NCBI GenBank assembly: GCA_964276515.1
Contig: OZ193910.1
Location: 6,076,001 to 6,140,000, forward strand
Length of the DNA stretch: 64,000 nucleotides
Source of the DNA: Gordius albopunctatus
Taxonomy: Eukaryota
Reading direction: 5' to 3'
Positions 13,201 through 27,400 of the stretch are shown here, one piece after another; position 1 is the stretch's first letter, and every line of letters starts with the position of its first letter. The position numbers were made by a program, and so were the translations under genes. Under the pieces are notes generated by a model. The model did not search any database and had not been told where the DNA came from. It worked only from the letters and a program-made list of their open reading frames with translations.

Positions 13201-16200
13201 TGTATGGCTTCCTTTAATATTAAGGCTTAATTGTAATATTTTCAATGCTTAAACATGTTTGGGTATAGATTTGAGGTGATCTGGAAAAATAAATTTGCCC
13301 TGTGGTCATATGTACCATACAACGTTAAAAGATTAATTATAATGTGGTTTCTTTGTGACTAATAAATTTCTTTATTATTTTGGCCTTGAACTAGCTATTA
13401 GCCATGATATATTTGCTGCCTAAAATTAAGCAGGTAGGGAGAGCAAGAGGATGAAAGATATTATGGAGCGAAAGAAAAAGTTGAAAGCGAGATTTGATGA
13501 GGGATACGACGGGGATAAACGGACCTTCTACGACGAGCTAAGGCTGGAGTGCGAAGAGCAATCGCAAATTAACAAGTCAGATAATAATTATAACAATTTT
13601 GATTTAATAGACAAAAATGTAAGGAAATCGTCATTCAACAATGAATAACTTTTCCTATGTTTATAATATGCACAGGCATTCTCTTTTGTAGCTAAAGCCG
13701 AGATTTGTGATTTAATTTACCGACGAAATGATTTTTTAACGTTTTTGGTTACATTAAAAAGGTCGGAATTTGCGGATTTGGAAGAGGAAATCAGGGTTAA
13801 ATATGAAGGACACAGGCCGGGTATGTATGTCAGGATCGAAATAAACGGTATACCAGCAGAATTTATAACTCACCAAGACCCATCCTATCCCGTTATTATT
13901 GGGGGCATCTCACCCAGCGAATGTTCGAACGGCTACATACAAGTATATAGTTATTTTTGTTTGATTCTGTGTCAGTTATTACCACAACGAAATGCTGTCA
14001 TGTCATAATAAAATAGGTAAATAATATTTTTTACACGACTCATATAGCTTTTAATTTACTGAAATGTCAAGTTAATATTAAAACTCTAGTGAGGAAGTAA
14101 TTTGTGTTTGTACGTCCATTGTAACGTTTTAATTAATATATTGGGCGTTTGTTTTATCAAACACTTATTATTGCTTTAACTTACTTCTAAACAACTATTT
14201 ATTGTTTAATGTACATTAATTTATGAACATAATGGTGTGTAGGCGCGTATAAAAAAGCATCGCTGGTTCGAGAGAATACTAAAAACGCGAGATCCTCTAA
14301 TTATGTCGGCCGGGTGGAGGCGATATCAAACGGTTGTCGTTTATTCCAATGAAGATCATAGCGGCCGAAATCACATGCTCAAATACACGCCTCAAAATTT
14401 GCATTGCCTAGCTAATTTTTATGGACCAATATGTCCCCAAAATACCGGTATATACACTTCATTTAAGTATTTTTATTATGTAAAACTAGCTTAGATATCA
14501 ATTAAACTTTAATTATATTTCCTATTAGCATTTTTATTATTTTCGCACTTTATTTGTTGCTTAGGCATCCTAGGTATACAAAGCCTTGCCGAAGGCGTCA
14601 AAAACTTTAGAATATCCATGACGGGTGTCATTTTGAATTTGAACAAAAGTCTGGACGTAGTTAAAAAATTGAAAATTGTTGGTACGCCTTTAAAGATTTT
14701 CAAGAAGACGGCCTTCATCAAGGTATTACCCTTACTTTATTGGCAAATTGTTTATTTTCTAAAGTTGTATCCATTTTAATCCTCTGTCTGGCTTATTTGA
14801 ATTTGAATAGGGCATGTTTAATACAGCCCTTGAGGCAGCAAAGTTTGAAGGAGCCGCCATTAAAACGGTAAGCGGTATAAGAGGGCAAATAAAACGCGCT
14901 TTAAGCAACCCGGTTGGTGCCGTTCGTGCAACTTTTGAAGATCAAATATTATTATCGGGTATATATATTGACACCATGCTATTATTTCACTTTAAGATGA
15001 TTGGAATGTTAATTAATTTAGGGAATGAGTAGCGTCGCACCTCATTTGGTAAATATTATACCAAACGATATCTTTATTCCTCAAGTCTCACTATAAGCAC
15101 ATCTTTATTTATTTGCACCAAAAAAATAATCTAACTCCCATAAGCATAAATGCTAAAATATGTAATAACAGAAAAGATGATGCCAAATTTATTTATATCT
15201 TTACCAAAATTTTCTAACATCGCTTACCTAATATTTTATTTATATTAACTTATATTGCGTTACTTGCCTCTCATAGACATCGTGTTCTTAAAAACGTGGA
15301 CTTCTGTTGACGTGCCCAAATACTATAATCCCGTTTGTAATCTTTTGCTTTCCCCTGGTTCAACCAGACAATCCTGGACCGGAATGCGAACTGTGGGGCA
15401 AATACGTCAAGGCGCAAAACCACCCCTCAAAATTGACAGCCTTTACAAGGTTCTTAATATTTTTTGTTTAAAATTTTCAATTTGCAGCGACCCTAAATGC
15501 CATCTTAGATTTGGCTTTTAATAAAATTGGTCAAACACAGCTTTTTAAAAATTTTACTAAAATTAGTTTGTCAAAACAAAAAATTTCATAAATCGTTTCA
15601 TAGGCTAATTGCTTATATGATATGTTAGGTTTAAGATTAATAAACCCGTCTATTTTTAATCTTCTACTCCTGGCTATCTGGTTTCGAGTCAGTCCACGAC
15701 TTAACCAATCTCTTCAGCGAATGGCTCAATTTAACATATTCTTACGGGAAGTATATAATTAAAGACATTTATCGATTATTTAATCTCCAAACCAAATTCA
15801 ATCGCACCGTAAATAAGATAGTATTCTTAACAACCTGTCTAGGTAACAATCTTATTCCACCCCTCTACCCTCGGTTACACACTAATTTATTACTCCCAAA
15901 AGAACATTCTACTATTTAGTTTATATTCTATTTTATTTAAATTTATTTTACTTATCTCATGATGCCCTTTAGGAGGACGAAATATTATAATTTGTTTTTA
16001 ACACCCTCGACAATTCCAGATAATATATCTATGAAGAACATAAATTGATGCGAATTAATAGTTTAATCCCTAACATATAATTCAATTGTATCACATTGAA
16101 GTTGCAGTATTTAATAATTAATGTAAAAATTGGGCTCACTTTGGCTTAGTTATCTTTAATCATTAATTTTTCATGTAATATTAAATAATCCGCCGTTTAA

Positions 16201-17024
16201 AAATATATAGGTCACACTGATATATGTTAGGTTTGTGGTATTGCTTGTTAAGCTAGTTGCAATTTTGTTTGAATATAGAAAATTAATAGACCAGCTCCGA
16301 AAGATACCCCTCTTGTAATTCCTCCACAATTAGAAAAAACTTTACCGTTCGCTGAAAGGATGAAAAAAGAAAGGGCAGGGATTAGATTTGTTGGTAAAGG
16401 AAAGCACAATCTATCCTCACCCAAGAAAGTATCGAAAGTAGCTGTCATAGAGGATGCCAATGAAAGAAAGGTTTGTTTTTTACTACGTGTATAACACAAT
16501 ATTTAAGGTTATAAAGTATATATTTACTAAAATGTCTCATACACCTAGCATGCCTCTTATGCTAAGCGCCCAAATTTTTAATACTTATTCCCCTTTGAAT
16601 TTCGAAAAGATTTTTTGTTTTAAATTGTATTCTGTATATTATAATTGGTAATTTTTAGCTTTTATAATATTGTCATATCAATAATTATTATTATTTAAAT
16701 TATTATTAATAATTTATTAATTTAATTTTTTTAAATATTAGGGAAAATGGAGTCCATTAAAAGGACACTCATTTGTTAAATTTATAAAAATTTCTAACTA
16801 CTAATTTCCACGACTTAATTACGTTCTAGATTAATCAACTCCTAAAAGTGGCCAAATTTGTTTACGAGCAAAAAAAGAGCAAAAATGAGGAAGCTATGAA
16901 AGAGCGAGTTGACAAGCACAGGAAAGAATTGGCGCGGATACAAGAAAAGCGTGACGCTGGTGCTAAAAGGTTTAAAAAACGTATTTGTCGCACTCTCGGT
17001 TTAGTAAAGCAAAAAAATGACTAA
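7266..17024 (+). CDS. BMS1: Ribosome biogenesis GTPase BMS1 homolog (multi-exon)
   Basis: [14 protein letters not shown]-loop [72 protein letters not shown]. Predicted exons: 7266-7429, 7470-7660, 7885-8153, 8225-8367, 8623-8744, 8786-8997, 9343-9458, 9740-9854, 10261-10429, 10570-10784, 11675-11924, 12917-12976, 13431(or 13434)-13575, 13762-13942, 14243-14447, 14565-14722, 14811-14958, 15277-15449, 16279-16470, 16830-17024. The central acidic exons are less certain. Confidence 0.96.
11957..12511. mobile_element. PIF/Harbinger-type MITE in a BMS1 intron
   Basis: Imperfect TIRs GGGGCCATTTCATGTCAAATA / TATTCAACATGGAAAGGTCCC, TTA on both sides, internal CCGACTCAACAAAA repeats. Confidence 0.7.
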
Positions 17025-18400
17025 ATAACAAATTCGCACCGTTGTTGACTTGTTACATTGCTTAGTTGTTGTAACATATGTATAATATAAATTTTTAATA
17101 AAGCTTTTAATTTTATTACATGGCGAGAAACAAAATTCAAAAAATGTTATGTATATGCGGAACGATATCAATACAATTTGTTTTTGCAAGTAATCTTCCT
17201 GGCCAGAAGTTTTTTGCTCAATAAATTTGATTCTGACCTAAAATAAAAAACACTTTGTTTTACCCATAAATTGCATAGCAATTAATATTACAACTGCAAA
17301 TATGAATGTTTGCTAATTTTGTACAAAAGTAGGCACAGTCAAAATAAAAAAATATTTTTTACCTAGCCTCGACTAGTTTATCAAATGCATATGTTTTTAG
17401 AAAAGTGATATTTCAAGGCTTTAAGCCATTCTGCTCTTTCTAAAATGGTAAAAGGCTAGAATAATTCTTGAACTTTTGTTATAGAATGCTTGCTGAATTT
17501 GCTTGATGCCTTGAATGAATTTTTTTTACAAATATTAAGCTTAGATAATTATCTTAATTTATACTAAATAAAATATGACTTAACTTAAAAGAAATAATAA
17601 TAATAATCATTGTTCAATAGCTATTTTTATTAATAACTTGATTTCATAAACGCTTCTTACTCAGATAAAAAATAGGAATTGGGATATGTTATAATACGTT
17701 TGCGATTATTTCTTTAGGTACTTTGTTTCGAAAATCGATTATTATAAAAGAGCCATTTTTAATTCCACGAGCTAAAATATGATGGCAGGCTCATGAAACG
17801 ATTGTCATTTTATTTTCACACTATTTTGATCTGATAGTTATCAGAATTTTACCTAAACGAATAAGACTGAAGAAATATGGTACGTAAGAGATTTTGGCTA
17901 AGTAAGGATTAAAAATATATAATGATTTTAGCAAAAAATTATTAATATTTATATAATCTTAAATTTACTCTGAACAAATGGTGTCAAAAATATTGTGTGT
18001 TTGCTTGGTAATCAATATTATTTGCAACCAATGACTCCAAATTTAAAGATAATAGAAATACACCACAAACATAATTGATTATCTACATGCATGTAGGTTG
18101 AGCATAGCTTTCAAGGAGCTTAAATTCATTGTAAGTCTTGAGGCTCCCTAGAGTAATACATAAATATTCGAAATTTTGACCTGATTCACGATTATGAGGG
18201 TATAAGCCTATCCCTCAACTATTTTTGAACAACTCAGAGCAAGCTCATATTTTATATGATTCTTATGCTTATTTAAATTATGTATGATTAAGGCTAAAAC
18301 TGAGTTTGACGATAATTAAACAGGCTAAATGTATTTGTACTTCACAAAAATGTATCAATATGCTGCAATTTTAAAATCTAAAAAATAGGTCGGCATATCA

Positions 18401-21400
18401 ATGCCACTAGTGCCTATAATTTGCCTTTACCTTAAAATTTATTACGTCCTTTCTTATACGCATTGGATTGTCACGGAAAATGGGATTCAAGCCCAAGTAT
18501 TTTATTTGATTGTAAATTTTAATTAAAATAAATATGGTTAATTTTTTTCAAATTAAAAATTTTAAGTAGCTACAGATATAATGCTAATTAGCCTCTTAAA
18601 GTACTTAGTCATTAAAAATACTATTATTTCAATTCAGTTATTTATATTTGTTATAAGGTTGATTCTGCCTGTGCCTTAAAGAAACCATATGATTTAGTAT
18701 CATTTTTGGAGCAGGAACATAGGATGCAAAAATTGGAAGAATTGAAACTTGAGTTGCTTGATCAGAAATCTAATCTTGACATATCTACAGATGTCAAAGA
18801 TTTAAGTGATATTGATAAGTGGTTTTATAAAAAAGACTCTGATTGTAAATTAGCTGAAAAACCCCTTATACAAATAGATCTTTTTGTTAGTACAATTATA
18901 ACCCCTGAATCATTAGGCATAGAGTAATTTATTTATATGATATATATGTTATCAAAATTGCAAAAAAAATTCTATATTTTTAAAAAACAATTAGTTAATT
19001 TCAATATATTTATGTTTTAGTCAAAATGATTATATACCATTTTACTCATCAAATAAATCTCCCACTATCCCTGATTGTACACAAATAATTGATTTGTCAT
19101 TTGGAAGTCAACTTTTTGATCATTTGGAGGTAAATAAAATTGTTAAAAAAATTTATAGGGTATTTATTGTTTTATGTTCTCATTTTTGTTAAACATTGAC
19201 AAATTTTATATTTTTTGTAAATTATACAAAACTCTCAATATTTAAATTATCTAGAATAAAACAAAATAGAAATTTTTAAGGCATAAACACATTTAAGCAA
19301 ACTATTAAATAATAAAAATATAAATTTCTTATTAACTTAATTTCATGGCTAATTTGTTATTTTTTAGTAACATTTATACAATCATTCTATGTTTATTTTA
19401 TTGGGATAAGTCAATGTCAAAAAGAGTCACTTTAGTCATACCTTCGGAGAGCTCAATTAAATCTGCTCTTCCATTTGTTGACAGTGTCACAGAATATGGT
19501 CATTTGATAAATGAAGCACTTATGAAGGTAAGATAATAAACTTGCTATCAAATATTTTAAATGAATAATGGCATAATCTTTATAGAGTGTTCATTTATTA
19601 GATTTTTAAGCCTACCATTAATATTTCCTTTAACAAATATTACATGCATTCAAAGATTTATATGCAAAATAACACTTTATGCTGTATTAATTATAAATGT
19701 AAGCATGAATTTACCTTCAATTTTTTAAATTAGGATTAGACTATTTACTTGTCAAATATTAGATACATTTCTACTACTAACTTGTATTATGTGCTAAAAA
19801 ATTATAATTCAAGACAATATTCAGATACACATTAAAATATGCTTAGAATCGCACATCATGGATATTGTATGATATGGCAACATTTTACTGGAGGATTAAG
19901 GGGGATGCAAGCAAGGCTCTGGATTGTGTAAGGAGATCATTGCATTATTCACCACAGTAAATAATATATATTATTGACTAAATATCTGTGGATAGTTTTA
20001 GAATAATTAATTTTAATGTCTCCAAAAAAACAAGAACATAGTTATTAAATGAGAAGCATAATACCTGCATTTATTTTTTTTTAATACTTTATGTTGCTAA
20101 GGACTATCAAATATTCAATTATAAGCTGTTGGGAAATTGCACTTTATATTAATGACAATTTCTAGATTGTCAATGTAAATGACTAAGTCTATTTGTGCTG
20201 CATATGATTGTTTATGGGTTAATTGTATTGTAATACCTGAATGAACTAGTCATAAGCAAGCCCACTAGCTAAATTTAAAAGTCTATATGTAATTAGGTTT
20301 CGTATTTTAACAAAATGAGATGCTAATTTTGTTATTTTTCCTTTATATCTATTATCTCCTTTTTGCATGTAGCCATTACAAACATATTGCCTTGGTCAAT
20401 TTGGCCAACATATTGAACCGAGCGGGTAACCCAGGAGATGCCCTCGAAGTCCTTGAATATGCTCAATCCACCATGGTATACGAAGATTTTCTCATACCCT
20501 ACATGATTGGCAACGTTTTTGCAGTAAGTATATGTTATGGACATTAAATAACTCATAATTAAATATATATTGCTGGGAAAATAATATAATTTTGAAACCG
20601 TTTGAGATTATAAATTCTATTGCTACAACTTTATTTGCATTAATAATTAAATTTTTTGCATTTTGAAAAACGACAAGTTATATTTTACAAAGACTCTACC
20701 ACCATTAGATATTGTTTACAAACATCACACGCTCTTATTAGTTATTTTTGATTAAAATTAAAATATTAAATTTATTTTATTATAGTTAGGTTTAATATGT
20801 TTTTTTGATTAAACAATGTCCATAATGGTTTGAATTCAGCTGTATTTATATATTTTTTCAAATTAATTAATTCGAATATGTGGATTGATGTTCTTTAATT
20901 TTAATTTATAACATAACTTTGAGATTTAATTGGCTGTTTTATGGAGTTATAGCCTTGTCTAAGGTGTTGCTTTGCTACTCACAAATGATATTAAAAGTTA
21001 ATATTGCGATTTAAAGTTTTACCACTTTTTAAAATAATGAAACACTATAATTACTAAATAATCGATTTATGGTTAATCAAAAAATAACTTTTGTACTCTT
21101 CCATTTCGTACGGTGCAATTTTTCAATGCATACGAATGATCACTTGAACAATTTAATAAATAGTTAGAAAAGTAAATATCTTTAAAAAAGTTTAAATTTT
21201 TTATTTTTATTTGTCGCTATATAATTTAACAATGTTTCAGGTCTACCTAGCCCCAACTCCATTTTTTAGGTTGTGTGTATTATTGACCATTTTGGGAATC
21301 AACCTTAGGTTCGGGGTTGGGAGTTGAAAAGACCCTAAAGGTTTTTTACAACATAAACCCCATCCCTTATCCTTGGGTTTCCGGGGCGGGCCTAATTTAT

Positions 21401-24400
21401 AAATTAGAAGAGCTTAAGTAGTCTTTTATTCTGTTTAAAACAATCTATAATATTTCAAAAAATTAATTACAAGTTATCGAATCTGTTAAACACTAATATC
21501 GAATTTATTTGAAACAGCGGTAATCTGGGATTGATAAAGTGCGATGGTGGAAATGGGTTTAGATATTTCGGTCGTCCAGCGACCATTATCAATAATTTAA
21601 AAAAACGAAATATCTAAACCCATTTCCACCCTCGCACTTTATCAATCCCAGATTACCACTGTTTTAAATAAATTCGATATTATTCAAAGGATTGGTATTA
21701 CATAATTCTGTTAAACACTCATTTATTCATTTCGCGCTTATTCTAAGATACAAACAATTAAATATGGAACAAAGAAATTTATTGCTAATAGCTGTAAATA
21801 TTCAGAAAAAATTTTATAAAGTAAAAGAAAATTTTAGAGAAAAGAGCGAAGTATGGAAAAGTAAATTTTGTTTTTTTTGTAAAATCTGGGAAAATGTGTT
21901 ATCCTGTAATTCTTGCTCATCAGGTAGTTATTTATGTTAGTTTTGATAATGCTTAATATGGAACACTCATCTCCAAAGGCATAAATGCTGTAAAGAAGTC
22001 CAGGAAAAGGAAAATTGGACAATTACCTATGCAAGCCACTTTTAACAAAACTTACAAATCCTGCAAAAATCTAAAAAGATCTCATATCTTCAATACCCCA
22101 ATTTTGTGGAATGGATATGGCATGAAACATCTTCTATGAAGAAAGATGTAGAGGAAAATGAAGTTGACACCAACACAAAGTTAAAAATCAACGAGAAAAA
22201 AAATGGAAATATCGGATTGGCGGAAAGACCACAGTAGTCATTTCCAGCGCTTAGCCCTCTTGCTAGTAAAATTTTTTCGACGCCTGATTTGGCCTCGAGT
22301 GAGAGGTGTTTTTCGTCAGCGGGCCGCATTTATGAAGAGCGGAGAACAAATTTAAAACAAGGAAATTTTTAAAGCCTGTGTTTTTTTGCATCAAAATAGT
22401 TTTATTATCAATTTATAATTTTTTATGGGCGTTTTATTATTTAATAAAATAAATTTTACCAAAATTAAGTTTGATTAAGTTTCTGCAATTACTTAAATTC
22501 CGGGCCGGGCTCGGGCCTTGTTTTTAAAGATGCTAAAATACGGGGCCGGGCCTTAAAAATCGATTTTGGAAGTCTCTAGATATAGACACTACAAATTTGA
22601 AACAATATAATTGTTTTTTGGGGGGTATTATATTTGTATCTCTTTGAACTAGACACTTTTATCCTTATTTTTTCTTTATAAATTATAAATCTACGCTCTT
22701 CTAGCTTTTGACCAATTACACGGAATCAATAGTTGCCTTTCGCCAATCACTCAAAATAAGGCCTAATTTCCAGCCCGCCATACAACGCCTTCACGCCGTG
22801 CTCTGTCACAACAAGCTCATCCAAGCCCTAGAAGACCAGCACAAGTATAAGTTATGAATAACATTGTCAAGGAAAGAATTAATAGACCGTTAGGAATTTC
22901 ATTAATTTTATTTGTTTAAAGGTGTGCCTTATCTGCACAAATGTACTGTTTTTGTTTTATTCAAGCTTTTAAACATTTAAGATTCAATATTTTGCTATAA
23001 TCCTTTTAGTTTTATAATAAAATGATAATCTTCTTGCGGTCTCACATCTATTGTTTTTAGCTAGTTTTGAATTATTTCTTTCTGGTGAATATTGATTAAA
23101 TTGCATATGGTAAATTGTTATCATTTTATATAAGGTAACGCTGATTTTTTTAAACAATTATAGGGCCTAAGATATTTTTTTCCAATCATAGTTCACTGCA
23201 AAAGACTCTGAATAACTTGCAGGACTTCCAAAAGAAGCACGAAACGTGGACCAAGCTCTACGAAAAGGTGAGTGGGGAAATGGTGCCCTTGGATTTGAGG
23301 CTTCAACAGTTAGCAATATACGAGGAGATGATTACACAATACGAAACCGATTCAGCCAGCGATGACTCCACTTCTAATAAAAATTTCAAATCTCCCCCCG
23401 GTACTATATCAATTAATTCCTTATAAATTACTAATTAGTCAATTAAATTTTGGCAACACTTGCTTTCCCATCACTCACAACTTTATTGCTTAAATGCTTT
23501 TGGTCCCAATTTTACCATCGCTATGTGCCCATAGTTTAATCAAACTCATTTTACCCTTAAAAGCCCTAAAAATGCCATATCTCTAAAAAAGATTTTAAGG
23601 CAGTAAATTCCTTATAACAATCTTGAATTCAATTCTGACGAGTATTTGAATGTTTTTCTAAATATCTGCCTCATATCTTGTAATTTCCCTTGATATAGTG
23701 CACGTTTTGACCTACAACCTTCGTAAGTCAATTGTAGATAAAAGATATTTTTTAGCCTTTGTCTATATAGGAAATGGACCCCATTGAAATATGCTTTAAA
23801 CTAGAGATGCCATACTTCCCCGAACACAAGGACTAGGGAAATATTTCAACGAAAATACGGGAAATAATTAGAGTAGCCAATATAGGGCCATATAGCAATA
23901 TGAATATTTAATATAAACACGAAAAACAACCTATTTAACATCAATTAGAGATTCATTGAGAATTCTACTATAAAATGTCAAATGATTTGATAAATGAATC
24001 AAAAATCGAATTTACGCTAGGTATGTAACTATGTATGTATATCGACCTCCTCAATTTATTTTTTCTAGACCTTTATCTATGAGGACCTAGCTTAGTCGGG
24101 AGGGTTTACGCGGCTTAGATCTAGATTGTGTCTTAGTGCCACAATTTTATATTTTCCTTAGCTAGTTTGTTCCTGAGTTTATCATGCATATTAACGAATC
24201 TAGGCTAAATTATTTCAGAAGTCGGCAGTCAAAATGTTCTACACAGTGCACTTATAGCAAAATTAGCCCAAATCCCTTTCCACCAAATTAAAGACGTTGT
24301 GTAATCAAAACTTGCCCATATAAAACTTTCAAAGGTTTATTTTGCAAATATAGGCCTTAAAATAAATCAAGAGATATTAGATAGAAGAATATAATTACTT

Positions 24401-27400
24401 AATTGCGATTAATTAAATCAAATAGAGATCTTCACTTTAGTACAATGAAACTTTTAACAGCACGATATGTGTTTTTTAAATATAGCCCTTAGATAAATTA
24501 AGAAACATTAGGAATGATAATCTAATTACTTTTTTTTAGGTAATAAAATTTTTTATTAAATGAAACTATAAACAACTATAAAAATCATATGCGAGGTAAA
24601 CATTCTAAAATCCAGATGTTTTAAGCGCCGATATTTAGTAAAAATTAACTAAGTTTACAGTAAAATAAAATATAAGGGAGGGGAAATTTGAAAATCCCAG
24701 AAGAAATTTCCTTATTATGCCATATCTACTCTAAACTCATAAACTAGTGATTCCGATTTAAAATGCTATTAACAATAAATACCATCTAATTATCTCCCTT
24801 AATTGTGTACTATATTATTTAACGTTTTTTAACACCACTTTTTCAATAATAGCAATGTTTTTTTATTTATTTCATTTCACCTCATTTGTTGTTTACAGTG
24901 TTTTGATTAAACTTTTATGCATCTTGATTTTAGTTGATTGATATATCGTTACCTTATATATATTTTTATACTCCTATTTGTCTTGCTAAATGGTAATTAC
25001 TATAATAGATATATGAAGGATATGTTGTTTATTATTAGACGATGCATTAGCAGCTGACGCCCATAACCAAGATGATGCAATTACTGTGACTAGAAATTTA
25101 CCGCCAGAGTTTTATACCAATATAATGGAGGCTCCGGCCCTTAAAATGGGGAGGCGCAATCACAAGGTTAGTTTTTATTTCTTCCCATATAATCTTGTAT
25201 CCGTAATGTTTCAGGAGAGCTACTAGCGAGGCGTAGCCAGGATTAGAACTAAAGGGGGGGCAATAATGCTTTAGGGAGGGGCAAAATAATAATTTTTTGA
25301 AATTTAAGCCATAAATTAAATTTTTAGAAATTTCTAGATTTATACGACTGCCACCCTTTGCCTACGGCCATGGCTACTACTAGTAATTCATATAAATAAT
25401 TGATTGTTTTAGGTTAAGCCTTTGTTTGTTAATAAATTGTATGCAAAAGGTTTTGTTTATAAATCATATTATATATTCTTCAACAAGGGAATGTATGCCA
25501 CCTTTTAATTAGGAGAGGGGGGAAATGATGAGTAAGTTTAGAAAAGTGTTACTGTACCTAACTATAAAGGCCCACCACCGTGGACACCATTAACATCTTA
25601 CTAAGTAGACTTTTAAGTTCACAATTGCTGTTTAATCAATTCTAGTGATTATTTGGGAGATCAGCATCTTATATATCAATTTATTATTGTTAGGCTGTAC
25701 AAAGTAAATGCTTTTAGCTCATAGTCAATCTCAATGGTATGGCGGAGGGGGATAGCAACGACAAAAAGGAGCAAAAAAGAGCGGGGAAAGGGGATGGGTC
25801 TGGTAAAGGAGCCCCTGCTTCAACTTTCAAAAGCCGTCCCCGCGTTACTAATCGCGTGGCCCAAGGTCCGGCTTCAAATTTATTGGCCGATCGAAGGATA
25901 GTTATCGAGAAGGAACTTTCTCGTCTCCGTTCCGGTTCTGGTTCCACTACCACTTTTTTAGATCGGGCCGAATGCCTGCAATTGTTCAAACATTTTTCCA
26001 CGCGAGAACTTAAAGCCAATCCACCCCTCTCGATCCCATACACCCACGCCCAGGCTATAAGCTATGCCGAATTTTTTGGATCTCATTTCATAACGCCCGA
26101 AGATAAGGGATGGCCTGAGTAATACTCTTTAAATTGCATTTTTGAAAATTGTATAAAGGTAACGATTTTTGTTATAGGCTAAAAGTTGAAACGCATCAAT
26201 AACCTTTGCTAGTCAATTTTATGGTTAGTCTTAATTTTTCGACTTTTACCTCTTTATAAGTTTTCAAATATTATCGGCGTGTGACTTGATAATATGTCAG
26301 ACGCTCATAATATAGCTTTGCGATTTAATACTTTATTAAGTCAAATTATGTTATCTTGCTCATGTTTATCATAAAATATCAATGCCTTTAAGATATATTT
26401 AATGTTTCTTGTAGACTGGCTCCATTACTCAATGAAAATCAAGGTATAAATCCTGATTCAAATGACCCTAAAATTTTGAAACAGCATCCTCTTCCTTGGA
26501 AAGCACCAGTGTGTTCTGAATTTGGAAAAATTGATTGCCGTGTTGCCAATTGCTATCAAGAAGTGGCCAAGGAGTTGAGTGACAAAATAGAAGCCTATCA
26601 GAATGATTTGCACAAAAGCAAAATTAAAGAGATTGATCTAGATCTATCTAAAGTATCGTCTTTTTATTATTAAAGTTTTAGAATCTATTATACATAAAAT
26701 TAAGATTTTTAATTTTCATCTTTTAGTTGTATGATTTTTTTGCAACCAAGGTTAAATAATCATATATTATTTTTTATATTTAAGATATTGTTGAGCTATA
26801 TCGACACAATGTACGAACCCACAGAAGATGAAGTTGGTCAAAGGATATTAACCGCTTTAAAAATGGTATATTTAATGCTTTTTAATCACTTTTCGTATTC
26901 TTAACTGCAATTTTTTCGTCACCAAATGATATTTTTCCGTCGTTTGTTGTTTTTACATTGCCGACAATTTAATGGAGATTTAGGGGTTTGAGCCTACAAA
27001 AAAACAACTAATTATGTTAATAACATTCATAACCAAAAAAAACACTCCACTGATGCATACCCTAAAGAACTAACAGAGGTTTTATCTGCTCTAAATAGAA
27101 CATTAGAAAAGATAGGCCAACCCCAGACCCCTTTTCACTCTTCTGGGATTTCAAACAACATACCATGGTGCTGGTATCATGACACCTGGGGATCAAACGC
27201 CAGGAAGTGTGTCCAACCATGTTATTTTGGAAAAGGGTTAAAAAGGCAGGCCTACCAGTAAAGGCGATAGCTGGATTCGGCCATATCAACCATAATCGCC
27301 TTTTCTATGTTTTTGACAAAATATCAGGTTTACGTTATCTGATTGACACGGAAGCCCAAATTAGCGTAATTCCACCGACAACAAAAATTAAAGTAACATT

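Noticed and set aside
17978..18034. MVSKILCVCL as the first TTC17 coding exon
   Set aside because: It could splice in frame, but ATG 18401 already gives a normal signal peptide directly before the conserved THW motif; no supporting evidence.
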